Positions 43,065-58,000 of a stretch of DNA of 63,842 nucleotides are shown in pieces. The DNA comes from Rhynchobatus australiae (lineage: Eukaryota). Location: contig JAUZTB010000080.1 in assembly GCA_034780895.1 (NCBI GenBank), forward strand, positions 10,543,168 through 10,607,009, in the 5' to 3' direction. The notes beneath the pieces were generated by a model. That model saw only the letters and a list, made by a program, of their open reading frames with translations. It ran no database searches and was not told the origin of the DNA. How positions within the stretch are numbered: the stretch's first letter is position 1; every line of letters starts with the position of its first letter. Position numbers and translations under genes: made by a program.

Positions 43065-46000
43065 CAGGAATGTTAAATCAATTAGATTTCCTTGCATTGA
43101 ATATTTTTATACAGTGTAACTTGAAGTCTACTTCAACCAGGAGGAAAACCACCTCAGGAGACTCAAAGACACTCACATATGTCCAATGCAAAGGATAGCG
43201 ATTCTGCCCAAACACCATCCCAAAAGTTCAGATTCAGATGTTTATTGTCACATACACCAGAGCACAATGAAATTCCTTGCTCATGTGAAGTTATGCAACA
43301 TTCCACTTAACATCTAGGAAATATCATAAGAAGAGTTCTATTGTAACTGTTACAGCTATCCAAATGGATTAGCTGCCTTCCCTCAGGGCTTTTATATTTT
43401 CCCCATGTGTTTGCTAAACTCCCTCCTAATACCACAAGTGATTCAGCTTCAAAACCCACCTGGTAGCGTTATTCTTTCCCCTCAGGAAAGTGTTGTTAAA
43501 GAGGCCACCTTGAAACCTTAGCTATCATTGAAAACTGACTGGTTCATAACGTTCTATAATACTCTTATCATCAAATTGCTCCCACAATTATTAATATCAC
43601 CATCAACACTTAGCTCCTCCTTCTATCCAACCCATTCTATCCCCCCAACTCCCCCAGTTTGTGCTCTGAATGCTCTGTAACCAAAAACATTTCAGATTTC
43701 AAATGGATAAAAGTGTCCAGGTGGTCAGATTCTGGATTATACGCTAAGTGCTTATCCAAAAAGCTATAGAGGGATTGTTCTGGAAATTCATCAATTTACT
43801 GTAACCTCAGGGGTTGCCTGGTATAATAATAAGAGAACACTGTGCCCAAGTGGTTTTTGTGAGGGATCGAGGAAGAGAATTTAGGTTTCGAAACTGAAGT
43901 CTGATAAGAACTAACAGATCACAACCACTCAAGGTCCTAACCCTCTCTGCCCTGCTCAGGCATGTTATCAGAGTCCAGCTCCTTTGTGGATGGAAATAGT
44001 AGTATGATGCACATATGAATGGCGAAATTTCCCAACTGAGCACTAAACCATCCTAACACTATAATGCAAAAAGACCCAAGGAAAATATGGGCCCCAAAAG
44101 AAAAGTCAATCAACTTGAACCTTTCTTGGGAGTGCATGGAAAAGTACAACTGTAGATACCTCTACAAAAGACCAGAAAACATTTCATTGCACAATACAAT
44201 CATAATGTAGTACATTTTACAGCATATCAAGTGCTCACTTAATAAAGTAAATATACTTTGCCTCTACCACACTCCTCCCCCAAATTAAGACAATTTTGAA
44301 ATCAATGAGTACTCTTTTCCTGAGTATTTTTAATGCTACTGTGGTGCAGAAACATAACTGACTGAGTGGAGGACAAGGGCAAATGAGAAGGAGAAAGAAA
44401 TACAAGAAGTGTATGAATAGGCTTGCCTAAAAGCAGGAGGGGGAAATGGGGCAAGGCTTAAATTTGCTACTGACAGATTTATTGATAACCTTACTAGTTG
44501 GTGGACTCAGTTTCAGATGTATAGGAAAGTGGAGGCAGAAAAAGACACTAAGATTTGCTCACATGGATTGCATAGTATTAAGACATCCCAGTCACAAGAC
44601 ACATTCAGAAAGCAGCCCTTACGTGTCTAGCGTTTAGGTTTCGCATGTTAAGACCAGAGCCGATGCAGCCGAGGCTGGCGGTGGGTAGAGCAGTGCCCGA
44701 GGGAGACAGCTTGCAGCTCGGAGGAGGGGAGAAGGGCGAGTTAGGTGCCTCGTCAGACAGGCACCCATCTTGATTGGAGAAAGGCAAAGTCAGCTGAAGG
44801 AGGGTTAGCCAATCAGCATGCAGTTGGTGTTGGGGTAGGGAGGGGGCAAGAAAGGGGTAGAGGGTAGGGGTAAGAAACAGACAAGGAAACAGCAAAAAAA
44901 AAGTGTTTTGGGTAGAGCGGGAAGAAGAAACAAAAATGAGACAGCAGTTAGGCCTCACACACACAGTTAGACAACATTAGTGCCATAATCAAACTTTCAC
45001 ATAAAACCCCTCATCAGACACAAGGAACATCAAAGCTTTCTGCAGTGATAAAGCAACCCTTTACTGCAGGATTTTTATTTTCCTGCCTGATAATCCAAGA
45101 ACCTGCAAAAGGAGACTTTTCATCTGTTACTAACTTGTGCAACAAACTCAATTACCAACTTAGAACTGAATTTATAATATCTATGCTGATCTGAACCCTC
45201 TCTACTCTGAAAGACTTGGTAGCATCTGCAACCAAACTGTTAGAAAAACATCTTGTGCACAGGAGCTTCTACCATCTGCAGTACCTACACCAACAGAATT
45301 CTGGTCTCTAGACTCACTGTATTTTGCCAGAATAAGATGGGAAGAAGGGGTTCAAAAAAGTTATGGTCGCTCCCAAATTTGCTGTTGATAATAAAAATAT
45401 CAATATGCTGAGCAATTAGTGCACTCTGCTTGTATTGTGCAGAGAAATGGAAATAAGAAATAATAGCTTGCTTCAAACACAACAGATCATAAATTTAATT
45501 CTAACAAGGAGCTAGAGGGGTGGAGGGGGAGTTGACCAATTCAGAAAACATTCTACAAAAGTCTTAATTTTTAGACAAAATCTAGAATTAAATTTACAGC
45601 AAGGTTAGTCCTGCCAAATTAATGGTGGGCTCCCATTTTTGATAAGCCACTATCATAAATGCAAATGTTACCAAGGAGAGAAATAATGTTTTCTGCAGCT
45701 TGGCGCAGTAGGCTGCATTCTCACCTCTGACTTGAGATGGCAGTGCATTAAGTCCTACTCTAGGATTTGAGATGGCCTACACTAACAATTATGTCTGGGA
45801 CGCTTCCATTCAGATGTAGTGGGTCTCTGCAGTTCTGAGAGAGTTCAGGATATTCAAGCTCCCAGAGAATGATCTGAACAGCAATAAAGCTTTTTTATCC
45901 CCCTCATCTCCTGGTTAATACCTCTCAATTATACAGGAGGTTACAAAGCTGAAAATCTGATGACCCAAGTATTTCCAGAACTTAGTTTACACTTTAGATC

Positions 46001-49000
46001 CTTATCATTTAATTTTTCCTGCACACAAAGACCGATCATTTTCTTTCCCCACGCCATCCCTCTGTGATTAAAACCCATTACATCTGTAACATTTTCCAGT
46101 TATGATTGAAGCTTTTCAATCCAAAATATTAAATCTCTCTCTAATGAAGCCACTTGATCTTTAAAATATTTCCAACATTTGCTATCTATACATGGCAAAG
46201 TGATAGCTGATCTTTCAATGACTTTTGGGTTACTATATTAACATGACCATTCCTCTTTCTGATACTAACAGCCAATACACTCTTGACAAGGGCTGTGTTT
46301 AGATTGAAAATCAAAACCTGACCTAATCACATCCAATCCAAATCCAGCCAGAGCATTTTATTCTGTACCCAACCCAGAGATGTTGCAGAATATTGCATCA
46401 TCGCAATTGATGCAATCAGATGACACCCACATCCATGCAAACAATCCAAGCATGGATGAAGTCCCTCACCCACCTCTCAAATGACCCTATCATCAGATGA
46501 TATTGCCTGACTGTGGTACCAAGGCAAATTTCCAGTGTTGGCTTAACACTGGAAAAGCAGCTCCTAGGCAACATCCCAGCCCAGACTCTTGGTGTATCAC
46601 ACTCTGCCACTAATATTCAGTCAAACTTGAAATCAATCATTTGTTCCCTGACTGATTGAATGCCTTACGTATTCACCACACACTGATATATAGATAAATT
46701 TATTTGGATAAAGTACAAGCTGAATGGCCCAGCACAACACAGCCTAATCCCTAATACTTCGAAGAACACAACCAGGCCCAACCCAAGACACAATCACATC
46801 CCACTGGATTTTGGGTAGCCATGCTCTGCTTCAGAGCAATGAGTTTAGGATGTTTATGGAAAATTTGAGAAGTTATAGAAATGTATCTATTCTCTACCAG
46901 TAGAGACCTCACCTTCTCAAAGTAGGGTCCACTGTCTGTGGTGGGCGAATCTTTGGAATTTGATGGCCGGAATCCCGATCGATCCTTTCTCATCATTCCA
47001 TTGTAATCCATGTTCATTCCTCTTTTGTCAGATTCCAGCTTTTTGTCTGGTAGACCACCTGGAAGAAACAGAAATGCAAAATTTTAACATTGGACACAAA
47101 TCCAGTTAAACTGCGACCTCCCCCATACCCCAGAGAGATACAAGTATAGATAAGTAATTGCCTAGCTGTATATAGTTGTTAGAAGACAGTATCATTAAGA
47201 TCAGAAAACCATAGCTCCAATTCACATTCTATGCTTAATTAACTGGAAGGATATCTAGACACAGGAAATAGGAGTAAGCCATAGAGATCCCCCAAATCTG
47301 CTCTATCATTCAATATCCATACTCACTTTCCTAAGGGATCCCCATGTCCCTCAATTTCCTTGCTGCCCTAAAATCTATTATTCCCAGCCTGAATATATTT
47401 AACATTTCAACATCCATAGTCCCTGGGAGTAGAAAATTTCAAAGGTTTACAGCCCTCTAAAAGATTTTTTCTTTTATCTGCCCAAAATTAGTACTTATTC
47501 TGAGATTGCTCCCCCAGATCTAGATTTGTCAGCCTGAGAAATGGCTTCCAAGCATCTACACTACTCGTGGCTCTCAGAATCTGGCACATCTAAATCAGAC
47601 AACCTATTTTCCCAAACTCAGGAACAGGCCAAACTCTCCTTGTCCAAGAATTAATTCAGTGAACATTGCTCCAACTGCAAGGCAAATATAATCCCTCATT
47701 AGGTATGGATACCAAAACTGCGCACAGTACTTTTGCTGTGGTCTCAAAATCTTGCACAATCTCAGCAAGATTTCCTTACTTCTGCACTCAAACTCTCTTG
47801 CAATAAATGCCAATAAATCTTTTGCATCCCCAAACTTTCACAGTATCTGCATTCCTACTTTGAACCACTACACCAATATCTTCTGCACACCAACATATAG
47901 TAGTTCATCATTCATAAAGTATTTTTCATACAAAAGTAAGCAATCTCACATTAAACTCCACCTGTTACTTTCTTGCATTTGTGCTCAATTCATCTTGCTT
48001 TGGAGACTCTGTGACCACCTTACAGCTCACATCTTGAGCTACCTTTATTAACAAACTAAAAAGAAAAATTGGAGTGCAATGTGTTCTTGGCATTGGTGGT
48101 ATTATGCGTGGGCACTCAACAGGTAATTCCCGCAGTGGAATCCCACTTGAATGCCAGCCTGGCTGCAGAAAGACTAACGTTCATACATATTGATAAATTA
48201 AAGACCCATCTCACTTTATGGTTCCATTTGAAGGAAAGGCCATGTTACTGAGACCAGAAAATCAAAACAAAAACTTCAGATGCAGGAAATCTGATATAAA
48301 ACAGAAGATGCTAGAAAAACTCAGCAAGTCTGACAGATTCAGATTCTGTGGAAAGCGAAACATATGATAAAGGGTTCCACCTGAAACTCTTTGAGATGAT
48401 GCCTAACTTGCTCAATTTTTCCAGCATTTTCTGTTTTGATCAAGGTATGAACTGTATCCAGATAATATTTAGCATCCACGAAGAAGATAGTAAGTTTGCA
48501 ATCACATCAGTTTTCAACCTCAGCACTATCACTTGAATGTTAGCTGATAAGAGTACAATTTAGTACAAGTACCAGATCTACAATCTTTTGCCTCCCTGAA
48601 ATAACCCATCTATATCCTGTTTAATACTCACCAACAGTTAAGTCCATTTTGTTACCAACACTGTCTTCGGAAGACTCCCTCTGCAAACAAGAGCAAAGAC
48701 ATCATGAATACAAATAAAACAGTAAACTGTTAAAATCAGTTTCCTGTTGTCCCTTATTGCTAGATTTCCTTCAAACACAACCATATCTCAAAAACTGTAG
48801 GAAACATTAATGTTTGATAATTAGTCCTACTGTGTAGGCTCAGCTTATTCCTGTCTATTCAGCAAAAGAGGAAAAATGTTTTACACAATTGTTAAGGGCT
48901 AAATTTGACCTCCAGTTGAAAAGATAATCATTAAGCAACTAACCCATGCACCATTAACTTTCAAGTGCTTTGGGAAGTCCTGAAGCTGTGACAGAAGCTA

Positions 49001-52000
49001 TAGAAATACATAGTCCCTGATCTGAAATGTTAACTCTGTTTCTCTTCCCACAAATGCTGCCTGGCCTGCTGAGAGTTTCCAGCATTTTTGGTTTTTTTTT
49101 GCATTTGAGAAGACACTGTCATTGGTTTGCTTATCCTTCCAGTGAATTTGGAGGATTTTGTAGAGGCAAAATTGATGGTATCTCACATTGTGCCCTGAGG
49201 TGCTTGCTGTTGGGAGTTCAGGTCTCAGAGGCATTTGGAGCTTGCTATGTTAAATCTACATGGTGGTTGGTATGCAATGACTATCCAATCAAAAGAAAAT
49301 CACAGAGAGGCAATTTCCACTCTAAACTATGAAGTTTGGGACCTGAAATGTCAGGACCTTCATAGACAGTTCCAGTAGTGGCAAACCTGGAAACTGCATT
49401 GTCATCAGAGCCTGGAACTCAAGATGCTTTGACATCACCATTGTCACCCTGAGTGTGGCATGACAGGCAGTAGGTGACCAGGTTAAGGTACAAAGCAGTT
49501 GTTCACCTTCTCCTATAGGGCAAACCAGATGAGAAATGTTTTCTTCACGGACTGAACCTTGTCATTTAGAATGAGCTAGTCTGGTATCTCAGTGACTCCC
49601 ACTGTGGAATGAGTGAATGGCTTCAGCCCAATCTAACAAAAGCACTACAGTCAGTGTATACATCCCAATCTTGGAAGCTTTGGAAAAGGCCAAGTGGTTC
49701 TTCTATTTTGACCTTGAAAGGATCTTTATCAATTTCCTGGAGGAAGACAACCAATCCTTTCTGGGTGACTTCAACGCCATGGTGCAGGAAGATGCAACCT
49801 TTGCCAATGTGTGATTGGAAAGGAAGGAGTAGGGAAGGCTAACTCCATTGGGGCTCTTCTCTCAACAAAGTACTTGGAGAATGGTCTTGTCATATTCAAT
49901 ACCCCATTTTGTCAGACAGACAAGCACAGACCTCATGGTACCTTTCTAGATCCAAGTATTGGCACTTGATCATCTTCCGATCAAGTGACTGCAAGAATGT
50001 TCTCGCCATGACAGGTGCTGGTGACTGTAGGATTGACCACTATCTAATCTATCACCTATACCATCTAATCCACTCTGTAACCTCCAGCACCTAATACACT
50101 CTGTAATCTCCACAAACTAATCCACTCTGTAATCTCCACAAACTAACGTCAGCATCAACAGAAATGCTTCTGCAAGAAGATCAAGGCTGAATCTCTCAAG
50201 GACTCCACTAATGTTGTTCTCTCAAAAAAGCCTAGAGATAATGTAGACTGTTGATTTCTCATAATATTATAGAAATCACCTAGAATGGANNNNNNNNNNN
50301 NNNNNNNNNNNNNNNNNNNNNNNNNNNNNNNNNNNNNNNNNNNNNNNNNNNNNNNNNNNNNNNNNNNNNNNNNNNNNNNNNNNNNNNNNTTTACAGTTAA
50401 AAATACTCCAGCCATTTCCAATTTAATTTCTCAGCTTAAGTACAGGCATAGGTAGATCAGTCAAAAAGTACTGTATTTCCTCCATATACTAATATGCATT
50501 TATGAACCAATAACACAAACCTTATTGAAAAATAGCAATCTGAACACAGCTCTGAATCAAATGGTAAGCAGGTTAAAAACATTGTATTAGTAACTAACTC
50601 AGCAAAACCTTTAAAATAAGACTTACCTCTTCTGATTTCATGCCTCCTTTTGGACATTGTATCCCAATTATACAACAAATAAAACCCTCTACTATCAACT
50701 TCCTATTTAGCATCTCCCCAGAAACTGAAGGTCCTCTGCATATTTTGTTTGTATTACTAGAAACAACCCAAGTAAGTGCCACCCAAACTTCAGACTGAAA
50801 ATTAGCAGTTGTAATCTCTAGGATCAAATAGGGATAACCATAAAGCAAATAAATAACCCTAATCATTTTAAAGATTGTTTTAGGTAGTAAATAAATGCTG
50901 CCTGCAACCCAATATTGTCACTTTATGGTATATACCTCCTGAGTACAGCTGGCTTGTGTGACAGAATATGGCAATAAACTTTACTGCTAAAGATTAGAAA
51001 TTATTTGTCTTGTGAGGGACTGGAGGAATCAATAAACAAGTATGAGCCAATGCAAGATTTTAGAGTCTCTGAACTGGATGCCATAATCATAGCAGAACTG
51101 TAGATCATGTAATGATCAATGTCGTCATGAGGATTAGTGTGTGTAATTTACAACATTAAGCCTACTGCTGACCAAGCCTCATTACTCTAAGCCTCTTGTG
51201 ACATAGAGGCAGTGTTGGCTGTAGCATAAAACATAACAAAATGAGCTGTATAAATCTTCCTGGATCATTTTATTATTATATTTAGTCCATTTGAAGTGTT
51301 AAAAGCACCCAGTGGCATAATTATTGATCCTTTCTATCTAAATTTATGCTTCAGCAAGACCGAATACGTTACATTTTGTGCTTTATAACACCAAGTTCAA
51401 GTTTCAGAGTCTAAAAACATAATACTGGTGGTGTCAGTAACTGTTGGCGCAATCTGAGGTAACAAATTAAGGACAATGCACAGGAAGTGAATTGCACATT
51501 AAAGCTTGTGGTTCTTTTCTGCTGTGTATTTTGCATTGCAACAAATAACACTTATTTTTTTTGCAATGGGGAATAAGCATACAATGACTTTGTAATAATA
51601 TTTTTATTTGATACTGAATGGCACAACAACGCACTACAAATCATTTCAGTCTATTTTTTGTTACAAAACTGCTTTTTTTGTCACGAGGCTTACAGTGATA
51701 AGGCTAGTCAGCAATAGGCTTAATGTGATAAATTTAACTGGCAAAGCGGGTACATCAGGGCTTCAGCATGTTCAGTAAAGCTGCTCTTACCAGTAATCCC
51801 ATTTTGGAAAATTGCGAAGAGAGAGGGTTTATCCATGTGTCATTGTTCCCACCTTTCATGGAGCCCTAGAGGAAAGAGGAAAAATAATAATAAAATCAGT
51901 TGAGTTGAAACTATTAAGCTGCCTTTTTTACTTCAGACATTGATGCTATGAATTTTCTGCATTTGCTAATCTTTCAGATTTCTGGTGCCAATAGTCTTTC

Positions 52001-55000
52001 ATTATTTCAATCAACCCTTTCAACTGATTTAAACCTGTCTGAACTACAATGCCATTTCTCCCCTTTCCCCAGAATTGCATAGGTACCTCAAAAATTTATA
52101 AGTCTTGCCTAATTTCATGGACTAGGTCACAAAAAGGATTACTTCACAATTTGCTTTTTTCCAACCTCAGTTCCAATTTCAGTTTTGCAGAAAAGGCAGT
52201 CTAAAACTTGCAAAAGGGAAAGTCATTTCCTTGAAGTTACAGGACAGAAATGTTATCATAGGTGATATCGGTACATTTAAACCAATTCTTCATGGTTTAT
52301 CATCACATTTTATGAAACAAAATTGTCATGGGACAAAAAGTACATGGGATGCACATTTTCCCCCAATGAACCAAGCAGCTACCACAGGCCACCATGTAAC
52401 GTCACCAGAACCTAATATAACACAGCAGGGGCAGGGTGCAGCCTGAAATTACTTCAGCCAGTATGCCTGTTAGATGTAACGTTAAACCATAGACCATTAT
52501 AACCAACATATTTGAGAACTATCAACCCTGGGAGCTGGCAGCACAAGCACAACATAAAAGGTAGAGTAGTCTTTGTACATTTATTCACTCACACTTTAAT
52601 TCATACTGGTTTCCAGTTAATCAATTCCTCAAATTTTAGAAGTCACATTTGTGTTCAAAACCCTCCATGCTCTCAGCCTATCTACCTCCACAATCTCCTT
52701 CAGTCCCTGACTTTCCAACTTTGACCTAATTGCCCCATCAATGACGGCCATGCTTCAGTGTCTAGGCTCTGGGCTCTGCAATTCACCCCAAAGCGTTCCA
52801 ATCCTTGTTCACTTCACAGCTGGCTTTAAAATATATTTCTTTGACTGATTTTGGTGAGAATCTTCTTATCTTATAAAGTATCAATTCTTTTAAGGGCTCG
52901 TGAAATATTTGACATTTTGTGTTATATAAAGTCACATTGTTATTGTTGCATCATCATCCCAATAATGTACAGAACACAAGAAAACAGGAGCAGGAACAGA
53001 CCACGTGACCCCTCAAGTTTGCCCCACCATTCAATACCACCACAGCTAATCTGCCCCAGGCTTCAACTCCTCTGTGTCAGATCCACATTGTCCATGAAGT
53101 CAAAAAGTGACCTACTTCCTCTTTAAATACCTCCAGTGAATCAAGCCTGCATGACCCCCTATGGTAAACAATTCCAGTAAATTCAACAACCTCCACAGGA
53201 AGAAATTCCTACGCACTTCAGTTGTCAATGGCTGCCCCCTAATCTTGTAACTACGTCCCTTGCTTTGACTCTCTTTGGTTAAGGGAAACATCTTATACTC
53301 TGCTCCCTTTGGATCTTATTTGCTTCAATAAGATCGCCCTTTATTCTTATAACTTAAAAGAATATTCTCAAACTATGTCATGTTTAATCTTGGAAAAAAT
53401 TAGGAGTGGTACTGTTGATCCTTCGCTTAAATTTGAAGACANNNNNNNNNNNNNNNNNNNNNNNNNNNNNNNNNNNNNNNNNNNNNNNNNNNNNNNNNNN
53501 NNNNNNNNNNNNNNNNNNNNNNNNNNNNNNNNNNNNNNNNNATTTTATTGTATGGTTATCTAAGATTTGAGTGAGAACCAGATCTCTTTGTAAGATATGT
53601 ACAAACTTTCATGCCATACACCATTTGTACCGATTTGAAAATTAATAAAAAAGATTGAAAAAGAAAAGAATACATATCCAACTTCTTTAGCCGTTTGCAA
53701 TAGGATAGAATTAGCCAAAAAAGAACCCTTTCTGGACAGTATCATTCCTAGTATATCTTTCTTAAATCAGGGAACCACAATTGTACACAGTATTCCAGGT
53801 GTGAGCTCATCATCATCCTGTACAATTATAACAATACTTCCCTATTTCTAAATTCCAAATCGCTTCCAATAAAGGGATGCCACTTGCCTTCCTAGCTACT
53901 TGCTGCATCTGCCTACGAAACTTTTGCGATTCATACACCTAGACCTCTCTTTATGTCATTCATTTGCAATTACATCTCTTCATTTCTTCTTGCCAAAGTG
54001 CATGATCTCCACTTTACCACATTAAATTCCATCTGCCAAGTTTTCACCACTCACTTAACCTATGTCCTGCAACAGAGTATAAATATCTCATTACAACATG
54101 CCCTCCCAGCTGTTTTCATGCCTTCTACTTTTCCCTCTCCTCCAAATCATTAAATATAGATAGTAAATAATCAGGGGACAAAAGCCAATCCTTAGTGCAC
54201 TCCACTAGTTACATCCTTTTAGCCTGAAACAGACTCGCCTCTTCTATGTAAACACGTTAATATACATAGCTCTTATGTTGTGTATCAGTGTTTTATATGG
54301 CACTTTGTTAAAAACTTTCTGGAAGCAAGCAGTCTCAGTTGCAGGAAAGCCCTCATTACTGGAGATTACACAAATGAAAGATGACCTTTTGGGAACATAT
54401 AATGTTTGAGAGTATTGAATAGGATAGGTCCAGTGGGTAGTGAATGATGCAGCAGACTTGAGACGACGAATAGCCTTCCTTGCTCTTATTTCCCCTGTTA
54501 GCCATATCACTTCAGAATTGCTATTTCTTCACAATACAGGCGACCCCCATGTTATGGCCATTTGGATTACAGAACTCACAAATCACTACCCAAAAATATG
54601 AGACAGGGAATAAAATTCACTCTCACTGAATTTATGTGAAAAAGTAAATAAACACAAGATATTTTTTTTAACTCATGTTTCTTGACACATGCACAGATGA
54701 GATAGGTTGTTTTCTAGGAACACAGTGCCCCTGTAATGCCGAGGTCACAAGAGGCAACCCTTTCTAACTGGAAACAAAGAATCAATTTAATACGAACTTG
54801 TTTGAAAGACATGCAGACTTGTTGGGTGGTGCAGCCCAGAAAAATTACAAGAAAAACTACAAGAGGAACACTCTTATTGCTAGCATAATAGCAACTGCTC
54901 AGCTCATTAGTCTGAGTTGCACTTGTACAGTGCCAGGATTCAGATGAAATAATATTCACTACAATCCTCCAATCTGTTTACCAATTTAAACAAAACTCTG

Positions 55001-58000
55001 CACAAATCCTACTGTGATCCAAATTACACAAGTTTTTAGCAGCACTGATATAAATCAAAATGTGACAGAATAAAATTGATACACAATTTCAGCACATAAC
55101 AACAGAAAATGATCTGACAGCCTAAATGAGTTTAGTTTTTGCAATTATTTTAAAAAACTGGTAAAGATTTATTACTGTAAAATCTATATTGGCAGTACCA
55201 CTAATAAAGATACAAAATCTTGAGAAAGCTAGACACGCTTTGCACTATTGCAAATATTCACCCCACCAGGTTTGTAGCGCATCAAGAACGTGTGCATGAC
55301 AATCCCACATGTGCATTTATATATTTTAAAGAAACAATGAATTAAATTCAAACATATGACTTCAACAGCCTAACACTGTACATAAGAAATAAATGATCTT
55401 GGCTAGAACTGCATCAGAAAATATGACCAAATTCTTGGACTATTTGAAATCCACCCTCAAAGAAAGGGGATGATATTACTCAGTTTGTTTCTGTTATTTA
55501 CATTTCTATCTTCGTACAAAAAAAACTCTGCACCATCTTGGAAATGCAAACCTCATGTTCTGCATCGAAAAATAATTTGTTTGTTAAAACATTCAAAATT
55601 CTCTTTTGCAAACCTCCTCTCCCCCACCCTACATGTCAGATTGGGTTTTCTAGTTGTTGTAACATATATGGGGGGGGGGGGGGGGGGAGATAAAGCTGGT
55701 TAAGCTGAAAACTTCAAATACAACTGGGAGGTTCCCAGCAAGTTGGCAAGTGAAGTTACATTACCCGGGATCTCCTGACTTGAACTTTTTGCAGATGACA
55801 GCAAGCCTAATGTACTTTCAAATCTTCCCAACCCCCACACAATTGCTAGACTTCCTTTTTGCTTGACAATGTATTAGTGCCATCAAATGACACATCAAAT
55901 ACAGAGGTTAAGTCACACAGATGTTACTGTTTGCTCAAACTATTAAGTAAATTAAATTTTCCAAGAACCAAATGGCACAGTAGGGAACAGCATGCAAAGC
56001 AAGAGGCTGCCACAGCTTCTGTCTAGACAGTGGACTGGAATCAGGTTCCCAAAAATGAGAAGATATTTTACAATCTTTTTACCTTCACAATTTTTCCTTT
56101 CTTACCTTGTGAATTTTTTTCCCGCCTGAGGTCCAGTTAGATGAGTTGTAGGGTGAACTACTCTCCTGAGTTCCAGTACTGTTCCACAGGCCCATTGGAC
56201 CATCATCTTCTTCCTCCCAGCTTGGGGGACGAGCATTTGCCACAGCAGGTCGATCACCACCTCCCCACCCATCCTGCATTGATTTTGAACCTGAAAGGAC
56301 ACATTCAACATTTTAAACCTCAGAAGAATTTAAAACAAATTTATAAATTAACTTCCAAAGGAAAAAAAAATCACTGGACATAGGTTCCTGATCACTCAAC
56401 CATCTAAGGTGATAAATAACTGCAACAGAACAAGGTCCCAAGTCAGCTATCAGGTGTGGAAGTCTGAGAAAAGGAAAAAAATTCCCACAGCAATTGATCA
56501 ACTGTTTGAAAGAATACTAACAAAACTAGAGTTAAAGGGAAAGTTGTACACAGCTAAAAACAAACAATTTCTAGGTGCATGAAACATTGGCATTCGTCCT
56601 TAATGCAGAATTGGCTTTTAAATAGTACAATTAAAACATTCTCTATTTAGTATTTCAATTGATCAAGTAAATAGAAACAGCAGGTAATCAGGGATTCCCA
56701 GCCTCAGTGAGATAACTAGGTTACTCAAGCACCAGTACATTGAATCCAAACACCTTGCTGAGAAAGTATTAAGAAATGGACAGGAAAACTGTATCATTGC
56801 ATGAAGCCCAACTCCAGTAATTCCAGGAACTCTCAAATTAAGCATAGGTAGCCTGTTGTCAAGCTGAAAGACCTAATCTATAACAGGCAGAATGACCTTC
56901 ATTGCAACTTGAGTGTAAAATTTCAAGTTTTATTGGATTTTAAAGCTTTTTTTTTTAAGTATTTTACATGAATGGTCATTGCTCTACTTGTGTGGCTTCC
57001 TGCNNNNNNNNNNTCATTCAATTCATATATTACGCACCCACGTCCATACTCAGGTGCACGCCAGCAGAGCTATAATCTCTTTTCATGCTGTTGCATTAGT
57101 CATGCAACTTTGTAACGAATCACTAGACTGAGTGCAGCACTTGGAGGAAATCTCTTTTCCTCACCAAACACTATTCTGAGAATCCCAGCAGCTTTCTGGT
57201 GAGCAGATTGCTGAAGTGCGCTATTTTTTTTAGTGTAATTTTGGAAATGAAGCACTAGCAAACTTTCAGTTGTGTGTGTGTTTGGCCTTACTGATGTACC
57301 CTTAACCAATGGTCTTTCAGCTGAGCAGACTGGGGCTAAAGCGGTGGGGAAAGGCATGGAATGGCAGCCATAGACAAGTCAGTTTGCTTCTCATATTCAA
57401 TAACTAAAATAAATACAACTAAAGGTTTTCAAATCATTCAGCCCAATAAGACAAAACCTTTTGAATGCTGACAAGTCAAGTTGCTGGAATTTTAATATCA
57501 AAAGCAAATCCTTAACATCTTCTGCTGATCTCACTGTTTGTCTTATTATGTTCTGGTGTGGATTTAATGCTCAGATCTAGCTTTCTCCTCTACCTTGGCC
57601 ATATTACCCTTATCCAGCACCCACAAGTAGCGATTAGCACCCTACACATCCCTCCACCTCTGTAGCATGACCTTCCCTAAATTCCAACAATCAACCCCTT
57701 GTTAATCCTCCCACTCCAGCTCCCCTCAGTCAGTAATGCTCCATTCTGTTGCATTCATTCTAGTGTCTTCCTCATGTGGGGAAATGGAGCAAAGGGAAGG
57801 ATCTATTAAGTGACTGAAAAATGTTTTATTTAACTGATGAGTGGTGAGCATTTCAGAATCATTGAGACATTTTAAAAATCTGAGAACTCTTAGGAATATG
57901 AAAAAAGAGCGAAGTACCAAAATGTCCTGCACTAATAAGTAGATGCATAGATGTTGATGTAATTCACTACCCCTGCTCTTAAATAATTCCTTCAAACCCA

